A stretch of DNA of 53,372 bases. Source: Macrostomum lignano (lineage: Eukaryota). Below, in pieces: positions 9,610 to 18,390 of the stretch. The stretch covers positions 1 to 53,372 of the forward strand of contig NIVC01004247.1 of NCBI GenBank assembly GCA_002269645.1. The letters are read 5' to 3'. The notes under the pieces were generated by a model. The model made no database searches, was not told the origin of the DNA, and saw only the letters and a program-made list of their open reading frames with translations. Each line of letters starts with the position of its first letter. The first letter of the stretch is position 1. The translations under genes were made by a program, and so were the position numbers.

Positions 9610-10299
9610 ATGCAGCAGCCATACAATATGCAACTAGCTCACGATTCTACATTTATTATTGCTGGACCTTCAAACTCGGGTAAAACTGAATGGACGTTGC
9701 GTTTGTTGACTGAACGAAAAGAATTATTTGATAAAAAACCGTGCCGTCTTGTTTGGTGCCATGGATCAAGTTTGAAACCAGACGATCAACAACGAATTAG
9801 AACATGCTGGCAAAAAAGCGGTCTTGACCCTATTGTTTTTGTACCCGAATTCACACCACAGATGATTAATCGTTTTTTACCACACGATTTGGTTGTTGTT
9901 GACGACTTGCAAAGCGAGATTGCTAAGTTGCCAGAATTTACTAGTATGTTTACAAAGCATGCGCATCATATCCCTTTGACTTGTCTGTACCTTTGTCAAG
10001 GTCTTTTTAACAAGTCTGATCCAGAAGCACGCATGCGAAGTTTATCAGCTAGTTATATTTGTCTAACTCGTAGTGTGCGCGATCGAACCACAGTTGAACA
10101 TCTCGGTCGACAAATGTATCCGCGTAATAGTAGGTTTCTAGTGAATGTGTATGAAGACGCAACAAATAACAAACCTTTTTCATATTTATTCATTGACCTG
10201 CGGCAAGTGACACCAGATTTTTTACGATTGAGAACAGGAATATTTTCTGGTGATGAACAAGTTGTCTATACTCGTGAATGTGATGCAAAGTTTGTGTAA
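9610..10299 (+). CDS. A32/FtsK-type genome-packaging ATPase
   Basis: Walker A IIAGPSNSGKT, Walker B LVVVDD, and downstream HH..I...YLCQ and R..SLSASY motifs typical of Polinton ATPases. Confidence 0.93.
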   Translation: MQQPYNMQLAHDSTFIIAGPSNSGKTEWTLRLLTERKELFDKKPCRLVWCHGSSLKPDDQQRIRTCWQKSGLDPIVFVPEFTPQMINRFLPHDLVVVDDLQSEIAKLPEFTSMFTKHAHHIPLTCLYLCQGLFNKSDPEARMRSLSASYICLTRSVRDRTTVEHLGRQMYPRNSRFLVNVYEDATNNKPFSYLFIDLRQVTPDFLRLRTGIFSGDEQVVYTRECDAKFV

Positions 10300-10356
10300 T
10301 ATTATTATAAGCAAATTATAAACTGTTGTCAATATTAGTTTGTGTTTTATTTCAAA

Positions 10357-11346
10357 ATGAGTTTTTACGTTTTTTTGCCGTCAAACGATATCAGTTACGA
10401 AACCAACTCGCCTAATGAATTTCGAGTGCGACTAACTGAACCAATAAATTTATTGAACGGATTCTTCGAGGTTGCACTAGTTGAATTACTGTGCCATGGA
10501 GCAATTACGACGCCAAATGCTCATCGTGAGCGTCGATTTGAAGTTCCATATTTTGCGGACATTGACTCAATAATACGATTAAAGAAAAACTATTGGGGTC
10601 GTGTTTGGGCAGAGGCAGACTTGGATGCTTACGTTTCCTGGCAACCGTCTGGTACAGATGAAAAATTTGCCTGGCTTTTACGAAATTCAGGCGAAAAAAC
10701 TATTGGATTAGAACTACCAGTTACATTTATGGACGCTTTCAAATTTGACTCTTGGAAGAAACTTTCTGGACTTGTCTCGGAAAAATTATCAAAACCTGCC
10801 GCTGGTAGTGTACAACCACCGGATGGTTCATACTTGGATTTGATAAAAAGTCTCGACAATACTCTAGCGCTAGTACCTGAGAACTATTATGTTTTTTATT
10901 GTGTTCTATCGCCTGGTGAAGCTATACGACTTGTTTCGCATGGAGACTATCTTCGAAAAACGGAAGGAGAAGTGTACATCAAAGTACACCAATATTGGTT
11001 GAGAAATCGTGTTTGGCGCATTAACAAAACCTACTTGGATGCTGTGCTACCTTCTCCGATGCCTAGTAAAACGGTTTACATGTACTGTTACACAGATATA
11101 ATCGAGTATCAAGCAGTGGGAAGTACATCAGTACCGTTGCTTCGAGTTGTGGAACTCCAACAAAAGAAAAACGGAGAACTTATACGCGATAGCAGTGCAT
11201 TGCAAACACCCTACTACTTGAAAACAAATCGACAACAAATTCACGAGATTTCGATTCGACTATCGGACCAGCGCGGAAAACCGTTTAATTTTGATCCGGG
11301 AGCACACGTTGTTGTCGTACTGCATTTTAAACATAGGTCGGACTAA
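10357..11346 (+). CDS. Minor capsid protein (penton)
   Basis: N-terminal FYVFLPSN...N....FRVRL..PI.L...FEVALVEL and C-terminal YCYTDII....VG....PLLRVV...Y....I.I.L.DQ.G..F.F. Confidence 0.88.
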   Translation: MSFYVFLPSNDISYETNSPNEFRVRLTEPINLLNGFFEVALVELLCHGAITTPNAHRERRFEVPYFADIDSIIRLKKNYWGRVWAEADLDAYVSWQPSGTDEKFAWLLRNSGEKTIGLELPVTFMDAFKFDSWKKLSGLVSEKLSKPAAGSVQPPDGSYLDLIKSLDNTLALVPENYYVFYCVLSPGEAIRLVSHGDYLRKTEGEVYIKVHQYWLRNRVWRINKTYLDAVLPSPMPSKTVYMYCYTDIIEYQAVGSTSVPLLRVVELQQKKNGELIRDSSALQTPYYLKTNRQQIHEISIRLSDQRGKPFNFDPGAHVVVVLHFKHRSD

Positions 11347-11402
11347 TTTATAAGCAAAGATTAATTGTGTAATAGAAAATTTTGTGAATTTGTTTTGTAA
11401 GA

Positions 11403-11831
11403 ATGAGCGAACTAACAGAAAAAGGAAAACAAAATGCTCGCTCATTGTGTCAGTGTGCTTTTTTACTACAAATTGTTTATCGGCTAAAGCATCCAAAGCA
11501 GAGAAAAAGTTTTTTACAAACACTTTCAGAGTCGGAGATACGATGTCTAGTAGACTTTCTGTTTAATATTATTAGTGGACGTATTAAAATTAGTAACTGT
11601 AACAAAAGACGACTTGAGAAGCATCGCAGATATATACGCCAGCTTTTGGAACAGAAGACTCCAATTACTGCAAAAAGGAAAATACTTGTCCAGCACGGAG
11701 GATTTTTACCTTTTTTGGCTCCAATTATTGCTGCTCTACCTGCTATAAGCACTGCGCTTGGGATAACGTCTGGAGTAGTTGGTACCGCCGCGGGAGCAGC
11801 GAATTTAATACGATCAATTCAACGAAAGTAG
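11403..11831 (+). CDS. pX-like basic virion protein with C-terminal hydrophobic peptide
   Basis: Basic helical N-part, then LVQHGGFLPFLAPIIAALPAI, similar to the adenovirus pX precursor tail (GG-ILPLLIPLIAAAI). Confidence 0.75.
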   Translation: MSELTEKGKQNARSLCQCAFLLQIVYRLKHPKQRKSFLQTLSESEIRCLVDFLFNIISGRIKISNCNKRRLEKHRRYIRQLLEQKTPITAKRKILVQHGGFLPFLAPIIAALPAISTALGITSGVVGTAAGAANLIRSIQRK

Positions 11832-11841
11832 TAGGAATATA

Positions 11842-12531
11842 ATGCGAACTAACGAGAGTAGTAGTTTTCAACGAATGTATCTAGTACCTGAATCTGTGTA
11901 TCAATCTGCATGTCAAGGTGCAGAGCAAGGATCGTCACCAACTGCTGAGACACCTCGAAAAACTGAAGTTTTAGACGCACCGCAAGATGCTCTGGCAAAA
12001 AATATGGTGGAAATGAGAGACCAAATGGATAACTTGGACAAGGAAATGGAAAAGGAGCCAAATTACACAGCTCAATTGAAACGAAGCAGATTGGAAGACA
12101 AACATTTAAAATTGCGCAAAGTCTATCGCACTGGAGACGAGGACAATCTGTCACTTGTTCGCAAAGGGACTACTGTAAGAAGTTCATATGCCAGCGAATC
12201 AAGGGAAATTCCTAAAGTTTTTTTACCACGTTTCGAAGCTCTCGCTCAAAACCTATTTTCGGACATGGACAAGAATGCAGAACCAATGCTGGCTAATTTG
12301 ACTGATGCCGAGATACAAGATCTCATGGAATATGTTGTTCGAGACAGACCGCTTAAGCGACACGAGACTCAACCGCCTAGTGGACTAAAAACATTTTTAG
12401 ACTTTCTTCGAAAACGTGGAATCGCAGCAAACCAAATCGGGCGTCATGTACGAAACGAGCTAATGTCTGCTCCAAAAACTGTTGCAAAGGAGGATCTTAG
12501 TCTGTTTGAAAATTATCAAACACTGAATTAA
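11842..12531 (+). CDS. Hypothetical Polinton protein, 229 aa
   Basis: Intact ORF tightly packed in the virion block; N-terminal RMYLVP resembles the KMxLVP start seen in Polinton proteins at this position; charged and helical. Confidence 0.75.
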   Translation: MRTNESSSFQRMYLVPESVYQSACQGAEQGSSPTAETPRKTEVLDAPQDALAKNMVEMRDQMDNLDKEMEKEPNYTAQLKRSRLEDKHLKLRKVYRTGDEDNLSLVRKGTTVRSSYASESREIPKVFLPRFEALAQNLFSDMDKNAEPMLANLTDAEIQDLMEYVVRDRPLKRHETQPPSGLKTFLDFLRKRGIAANQIGRHVRNELMSAPKTVAKEDLSLFENYQTLN

Positions 12532-12643
12532 GTTGTTTTAAAATTACAGATTACGTTTTAACAAAATTGATTCGAGCACTATAAGCTTTTTAAAAAGGTT
12601 AATTTTTTGTTTATGAAAAATATATAGTTTAATAAGACAAACC

Positions 12644-12832
12644 ATGTCATCTATCTTCCAAAAACTTTTGATTCGTCTCTGTGAGTTTTTTTGCATAAAA
12701 TCTGAATGTGTGCCGTTTCTGGGAAAGGAGCACAACGAGGATACTGACGGAGATTCGATCGAGGCTTCGTTCTTTTGTTGCAACTGTCAAACGACTAGCA
12801 TCAATCTAACTGATGATGAAGCGAGTGCGTAA
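12644..12832 (+). CDS. Small Cys-rich hypothetical protein, 62 aa
   Basis: ATG lies 64 nt after a TATAAGC motif; the stop overlaps the integrase start. Confidence 0.45.
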   Translation: MSSIFQKLLIRLCEFFCIKSECVPFLGKEHNEDTDGDSIEASFFCCNCQTTSINLTDDEASA

Positions 12833-13973
12833 GGAAATTGAAGAATTTTTGACGGATGCTTTTTTTAACTTGAACAGGCCTACTTCATTTAGTGGTAACA
12901 AGACTATACTTGTTCGTGAAGTACGTAAAAAGTTTCCACAGATTACGAACAAAGTTGCAAAGCGCGAAGTTGATAATTGGGTGCGATCAACAAATGAGCA
13001 TCATTTATTTCGAAAAACACGACGAAACTTTCCAACTCCAAAAATTAGTGTGCCACCAGTTGCAAAGTTTCAGTTTCAAATCGATTTGGCAGATTTACCT
13101 CAATACAAGACGGAAAATCGAGGTTATCGTTACATACTTGTTCTTATCGACTGTTTTACTAGAGTTGTACGACTAAGACCATTGCGTACAAAGAAGCCTT
13201 CAGAAGTTAGTCAAGTATTACTAGAGATTTTTCGAAGTGGTTTTAAGCCTGTTTATTTACAAGGTGATGCTGGTATGGAGTTTCTCGGAAGAGCTACACG
13301 TCAAATGCTGAAACAGGAAGGAGTTCGATTTTTTGTTAGCCAAAGCAATTACAAGGCAAGCATGGCTGAACGATTTATCCGCTCGTTAAAGGAACGTCTA
13401 TTACGATACTTTCGAGCAAAAAATTTACCTCGATGGTTTGACATTTTACCGCAATTGGAAGATAATTTCAACTCTAGTCCTCATCGATCCTTGAGTGGAG
13501 AAACACCAAAACGGGTAGAGACAGACCCGCATTTACAAGGAATTTTGTGGGACAAAATGTTTGCGAAGTCGTACACTAAAAAGAATGAGAATAAATTTAA
13601 AGTTGGTGATTGGGTTAGAATTACACGACGTCGAGGAACATTTGAAAAAGGATACACTACGACTTGGAGTAATTCAAAATATCGCATTCATCGTGTACAC
13701 TTGACAGACCCGCCAATGTACGAATTAGTGGACCCTGAAGATGGATTTGAAGTGCTGAAAGGAAGGTTTAACCAAGCGGAACTAATGTTGGTAAACGAGA
13801 CAGATGAAACACCTAATGAAATTGAAAAAGTTATTGAAACTGATCGAGCGAAAAATGGAAGTCGTCTGTATCTAGTAAAATGGAAAGGTATGCCAATCTC
13901 AAGAAGTCAGTGGTTAAACGAAAATGATCTTGACGCAAAGACTGCTAAACTATTTTCTAAAGTGTATAAGTAA
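12813..13973 (+). CDS. Retroviral-like DDE integrase with C-terminal chromodomain
   Basis: FQIDLADL...YRYILVLIDCFTR, LQGDAGMEF and KASMAERFIRSLK (D,D,E); chromodomain EIEKVI.......YLVKWKG......W. Confidence 0.96.
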   Translation: MMKRVRKEIEEFLTDAFFNLNRPTSFSGNKTILVREVRKKFPQITNKVAKREVDNWVRSTNEHHLFRKTRRNFPTPKISVPPVAKFQFQIDLADLPQYKTENRGYRYILVLIDCFTRVVRLRPLRTKKPSEVSQVLLEIFRSGFKPVYLQGDAGMEFLGRATRQMLKQEGVRFFVSQSNYKASMAERFIRSLKERLLRYFRAKNLPRWFDILPQLEDNFNSSPHRSLSGETPKRVETDPHLQGILWDKMFAKSYTKKNENKFKVGDWVRITRRRGTFEKGYTTTWSNSKYRIHRVHLTDPPMYELVDPEDGFEVLKGRFNQAELMLVNETDETPNEIEKVIETDRAKNGSRLYLVKWKGMPISRSQWLNENDLDAKTAKLFSKVYK

Positions 13974-14014
13974 CACATGAATTGGGATTGCATGACGAAG
14001 AGAAGACTGTTGAA

Positions 14015-14472
14015 ATGGATCCTATTTTTGCTTTTTATTCTGGTCCGAATAGATCTGCTGAAGGTGGAGGTGGATATGGCATTCCTGTTTACGAAGGTTA
14101 CGTTTTTTGTCAAATTTGGCGGACAGATTGGTGTATCCTGTACTACGCAACGCAAAGAAAGATTTCTTGGATCGTGGTCTGGAGTATTTGAAAAGTGCGA
14201 CAGCAAAAATTGGTATGGGTCGGAAGCGTCACTTGGACACAGAATCGAGCGAAGAGATGTTTAATACAACTGCAGTTTCGAGACCAAAGCGAAGGAAAAG
14301 AACCAGTGGAGTGGCTATAAGCTTAGGAAAGAAGAAACGGCAAAAGAAACGACGAACAAGACAGTGTGGAAAGGGACGCGTGAACAAAAGAAAACGCAAG
14401 AAGACCGGTGGTATAGGAAAACGTCGAACTGCTACTGCAAGCAAGAAACTTTTTAGTCTGTTTGAAAAGTAG
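14015..14472 (+). CDS. Basic core (pVII-like) protein with one frameshift in a T-run at 14103-14108
   Basis: MDPIFAFY...GGGGYGIPVYEGY joins FLSNLADRLVYP...RKRH...KKKRQKKRRTRQ if one T is added. The D..YY....GG...VY.G start and Arg/Lys-rich tail fit Polinton core proteins. Confidence 0.65.
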
Positions 14473-14473
14473 C

Positions 14474-15796
14474 ATGAACCATTTGCTTGGACCTGATATT
14501 GCTGCTCTTAAAAGTGAATTGTCGCTATTTGATCAAAGTCCTGTTCAGTTTAGTGTTTTGGATAATCGATATACTAACATTCAACCGCAACATGGTATTA
14601 CAAAAGGATCACCTATCGAATTTGAAGTTGTGCCTGCAGGCGATTTGTATTTGGATCTACAAGAAACTGTGCTCACGGTATGCTTCAGCGTTAGTGATAG
14701 TGAAGGTGAACCTATAGATGCAACGAAAAATTTTGTTTGTTTGAATAATTTGGTTATTGGAACATTGTTTGAGGACGTTCAATTTACTATTGGCGATACT
14801 GTAGTTGAAGGTGGTAGTTTTATGTATCCATACAAGGCTATGCTTCTTACATTACTGGAATATGGACATACAGCTCAGAAGGCTGGTTTACTGCCGTGGG
14901 GGTTTTACAAGGATACAGCTGGTAAAATGAATGCAACAAGTGAAAACGATGGACGAACAAAGAGGCAGGCGCTCATTGCTAACAATAGGCGGTGCACTGT
15001 ATCGGGGCCGTTATTCTTGGATTTGTTTCGTCAGCCTCGGTATCTACTATCAAAGACACCACTACGGATCAAGCTCATACCGGCAAAAAGTAAATTTGTC
15101 CTGAGCGGGTCAACATTAGAAGCTGGTGCGGTTTTAAAAGACTATGAGATCAAGTTTTTGCGTGCAGAACTACGATTGCGGTTTGTTCAACCCTCGCCGA
15201 GTGTTATCAGTGCACATGCTCATGGACTTAAAAGTCACAATGCATTATATCCGCACCGAAGTCTAAGCCTTGGTACGTTTACTATACCCCGAGGATCGTC
15301 TAGCCATACGCATGAAAATTTGTTTCCTAGTGGGGTACCACGGCTTTTATTGATGGCAATTGTAAGCAACAAGGCATTCAATGGAAGCATGGACACAAAT
15401 CCGTTCAACTTTGAGCATGCAAATGTGAGCAGCATTGGTGTGTTTGTGAATGGAGACTCGGTACCATCGCGTCCGCTGCAGACAAACTTTGGAGATGATT
15501 GTGTGACAGAGTATAATTTTTTGCTACAACAGCTTGGAATCTATCTACAGGGACGAGATATTGGATTTAATATGCTGGATTACGCCAATGGTTACTCAAT
15601 TTTTGCATTCAGTCTTGGAAGTGAACCTGGTGTCGGACGGGGAGTGCAACTGTATAAGGAAGGAAATGTAAAACTAGAGTTACGCTTCAATGCTGCAACT
15701 AGTACCGTGTACAACGTCATATTTGGAGGTATATTTGACAAGCAACTGCAACTGACTGAACTTCGCGACATTGTTCCTGGCACAGTATGGAAGTAA
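14474..15796 (+). CDS. Major capsid protein (double jelly-roll hexon), 440 aa
   Basis: KSELSLFDQSPVQ...PIEF.V......YLDLQET, GPLFLDLFRQPRYL, FNGS...NPFNFEH, and GY.IFAF.L; intact ORF. Confidence 0.93.
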   Translation: MNHLLGPDIAALKSELSLFDQSPVQFSVLDNRYTNIQPQHGITKGSPIEFEVVPAGDLYLDLQETVLTVCFSVSDSEGEPIDATKNFVCLNNLVIGTLFEDVQFTIGDTVVEGGSFMYPYKAMLLTLLEYGHTAQKAGLLPWGFYKDTAGKMNATSENDGRTKRQALIANNRRCTVSGPLFLDLFRQPRYLLSKTPLRIKLIPAKSKFVLSGSTLEAGAVLKDYEIKFLRAELRLRFVQPSPSVISAHAHGLKSHNALYPHRSLSLGTFTIPRGSSSHTHENLFPSGVPRLLLMAIVSNKAFNGSMDTNPFNFEHANVSSIGVFVNGDSVPSRPLQTNFGDDCVTEYNFLLQQLGIYLQGRDIGFNMLDYANGYSIFAFSLGSEPGVGRGVQLYKEGNVKLELRFNAATSTVYNVIFGGIFDKQLQLTELRDIVPGTVWK

Positions 15797-16350
15797 TTGA
15801 TTCTATCCTAGATCGTGGTGTAACAGATCGCTTCCTTCGCAATGTTGTATCGAAATTGTGCGCACATTTTTTAAATGTTGTATTTCTTGGTGTTTTTCCT
15901 CAAAACTTTGTTGGTGGACTTAGACGCTTACCTTTAGACGGTAAAGACTATTTTTTTATCGTTAATACTGACGTCTCCAACCTGCCCGGAAAACATTGGG
16001 TATGCGTTTGGGTTTATGGTCATCGAGCAGGTCGCGGTAGCAAACGACTTGGTGAATATTTTGATTCTCTTGGTCTAGTACCATTGCCAAGAATAGCAAA
16101 ATGGCTAGGAAAAGAATGTGGAAATTCGAAAAATTGGTGTTATAGTCGCTTTGCTATCCAAGACCCACAGAGTGGAAGTTGTGGATTTTGGGTAATTTTT
16201 TATATTTTTCATAAGTTGACTACCAGAGGAAACCTAGAGTGTTTTATTCGAAGCGTTTTTAAACGGAATATAATTCGCACTGGTTCGTTTCGATACTTGT
16301 ATGCTAAATTACGCAATTTTGTTTTACGAGTGCTGCCTCAATATTTGTAA
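15787..16350 (+). CDS. Adenain-family cysteine protease
   Basis: FLGVFP...IVNTD.S..PGKHWV...EYFDSLG...IQD..SGSCG.W (catalytic His, Asp, Gln, Cys). Confidence 0.93.
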   Translation: MEVIDSILDRGVTDRFLRNVVSKLCAHFLNVVFLGVFPQNFVGGLRRLPLDGKDYFFIVNTDVSNLPGKHWVCVWVYGHRAGRGSKRLGEYFDSLGLVPLPRIAKWLGKECGNSKNWCYSRFAIQDPQSGSCGFWVIFYIFHKLTTRGNLECFIRSVFKRNIIRTGSFRYLYAKLRNFVLRVLPQYL

Positions 16351-16596
16351 ACTCGCTAATTTGTGCGTCAAATTGTGTTTGTATCTAGTTGAAATATACA
16401 ATACTGCTTGAAAAGAAGAATTTAAATGCGTTAAGTTATACGCAAAATAAGCTTTGTGTCAAATTGAATTTTGGTTGGGCTTGTAATTAGCTGCATTCAT
16501 TGCGGATAGAATTTAGGTGGATAGACAGGTGTTTGCGTAAAAGTGATTCAGCTAATTGGTTAATTCATTGCGTAAAAGCTAGTTTGCGTGCACGGC

Positions 16597-16688
16597 AAAT
16601 TTCAGACTCTGCCATTTTTTTGGGCCTGTACTTACTATGTATTTCGCCATAAGGAAATCGGCTTTGTGTCAAAAAAACGTATACTACT
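16597..16688 (-). repeat. Right terminal inverted repeat of the Polinton (92 bp)
   Basis: Matches 1966-2056; weaker similarity extends inward to about 16569 (GTGCACGC and TGCGTAAAAG motifs). Confidence 0.97.
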
Positions 16689-17179
16689 CACATTCACATT
16701 TACCTATTAGGTTTTATAAAATTGACTAACTTTGCTCCATAAGTTTGCTCTATATGAACTAATTGACTTCAAACTTGACACAACTTTTTATAGCTTTATT
16801 CTTTGTCTAAATATGGTCTTAACTCTGTAACTCAAACAGAACAGAAATTCTAAGCTTATGAAGTTTGTAATTTTTTCTGTTGTTTACTGCTTTCACTTAT
16901 TCCTACAAACTAAGGGCCAGGCAATAGGGCTCAGTCTTCATAGCAAATGTACAATGTTATGGAATAAATTTATTTTTATAGCCTTCTCTGCACCTTCACA
17001 TATGGAGAGGCTATATTCAGCCATGATAATTTAGTGAGAAATTCAAAACACTGTGCTCTATATAGGCAAACTCTGCAGCAATTAAACAGTAGATGGCAAA
17101 TCAAGGCAATGCAAAATACAATGCTATTAAATTGGTCACACCATGGAACTTTTAACATTAAATTTCACTTAAAAGTTTT

Positions 17180-18233
17180 TTAAAGGGGAGAGGAGAGAGG
17201 AGAGAAGAGAAGAGGGGATAGAGGGGATAAAAAAGGGAGAAATGAGAGGTAGAGAGAAGAGAGAAAATAGGAAATAGGAAAGATGAGAGAGCAGAGGAGA
17301 GAGGAAAGAGTAGAGATAAGGAAGTGGCAATGAGCAAGTAAAGAGAAGAGAGATGATATGACAGGAGGGAGGAGAGAAGAAAGAGAAGAGAGGGGATAGA
17401 AATGAGAGGAGAAGAGAGAAGAAAGAAGAAAAAAGTAGAGATGAGAATAAAATGAAGAGAAGGAGACAGAAGAAATAAGATTGTAGAGATAAAAGATAAA
17501 TGAAGATATAAGGAAAGGGAGATAAGAGACAAAGGAAGACAGAGAAAAGTGGAAAGAGATGAGATAAGAGATGAGAGGGGAGAGAGGATCAGAAGAGGGA
17601 AGAAAAGAGAAGAGAAGAGAAGAAAGGAGAAAGGAGAGGAGTCAAAAGAGGGAAAGAGAAGAGTACAGAGGAGAGAGGTAAAAGAATAGATACAATAATA
17701 AAGATGACAGAAAAGAGAAAAAGAGAAGATCAGTGATCACAGATAAGAGTGAACAGATAGGAGATGAGAGAAGAGAAGAGAGGAAAGATAAGGGAGCACA
17801 GAAAAGAGATAGGAGAGTAAAGAGATTGAGAACAGAGGGAGAAAGAGATAAGAGTAGCAATTACAAAGATAAGGGGAGAGAGGAGAAAGAAATGTATAAG
17901 GGCAGAGAAGAATGTCAAAGGGAGAAAGAAGTGGAGTGAGGAGAAATGAGGGAATAGAAGAGAGAAATTAAAGAGGAAAAAGAATAAAAGAGTTAAGAGA
18001 GTAAAGAAAAGGCAAAGAAAAATTAGAAGAGATAATATAGAAAAACAGAAATAATAAAGGAAAAAAAGATATAAGAGAACAAAGACAAGAGAGAAGAAGA
18101 ATTGTAAGGGAAGAGACAAGAGAAGAGGGGAGAAAAGAGAGAGGAAAAAAGGAAAGAAGAGATAAAGAGAAAAGCAGAGAGAAGGAGAGAGAGAAAGGGA
18201 GAGAGAGAAAGAGAGAGAGAGAAAGAGAGAAAT

Positions 18234-18284
<51 letters not shown>

Positions 18285-18390
18285 GAGAGATAGAGAGAAA
18301 GAGAAGAGACGAGAGAGAAGACAGGAAATAGAAGAAAAAATAGAAGTTTCAAAGGATCCAAAAAATAGGGAAAGGTAGAAATAGAGGCCA
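17180..18390. repeat. Purine-rich (GA) low-complexity tract
   Basis: Almost only A/G, with an (AG)n run near 18240-18300. Confidence 0.95.

Larger units (their letters stand above)
9143..15660 (+). promoter_or_regulatory. Recurrent TATAAG(C) motif upstream of virion genes (9143, 10306, 11349, 11744, 12580, 13965, 14316, 15653)
   Basis: Each copy lies 21-158 nt upstream of a different downstream ATG. I found none in the left arm (1966-9100). Function as a promoter is inferred. Confidence 0.6.
1966..16688 (+). mobile_element. Endogenous Polinton/Maverick (adintovirus-like) dsDNA virus, 14,723 bp, polymerase-deleted
   Basis: Starts AGTAGTATACG and ends CGTATACTACT, with inverted terminal repeats. 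6-bp direct repeat CACATT at 1960-1965 and 16689-16694. Encodes DDE integrase, A32-type ATPase, hexon, penton and adenain homologues. Confidence 0.97.

Noticed and set aside
13977-14264. Overlapping 95-aa ORF with a hydrophobic N-terminus
   Set aside because: Alternative frame of the core-protein gene with no independent support. Its ATG is only 12 nt from the TATAAG, too close for a TATA-like element. Not fully excluded.
8590-16350. Possible contaminating free virus or prophage contig
   Set aside because: The element is bounded by TIRs and a perfect 6-bp TSD within intron-containing host DNA, so it is integrated.
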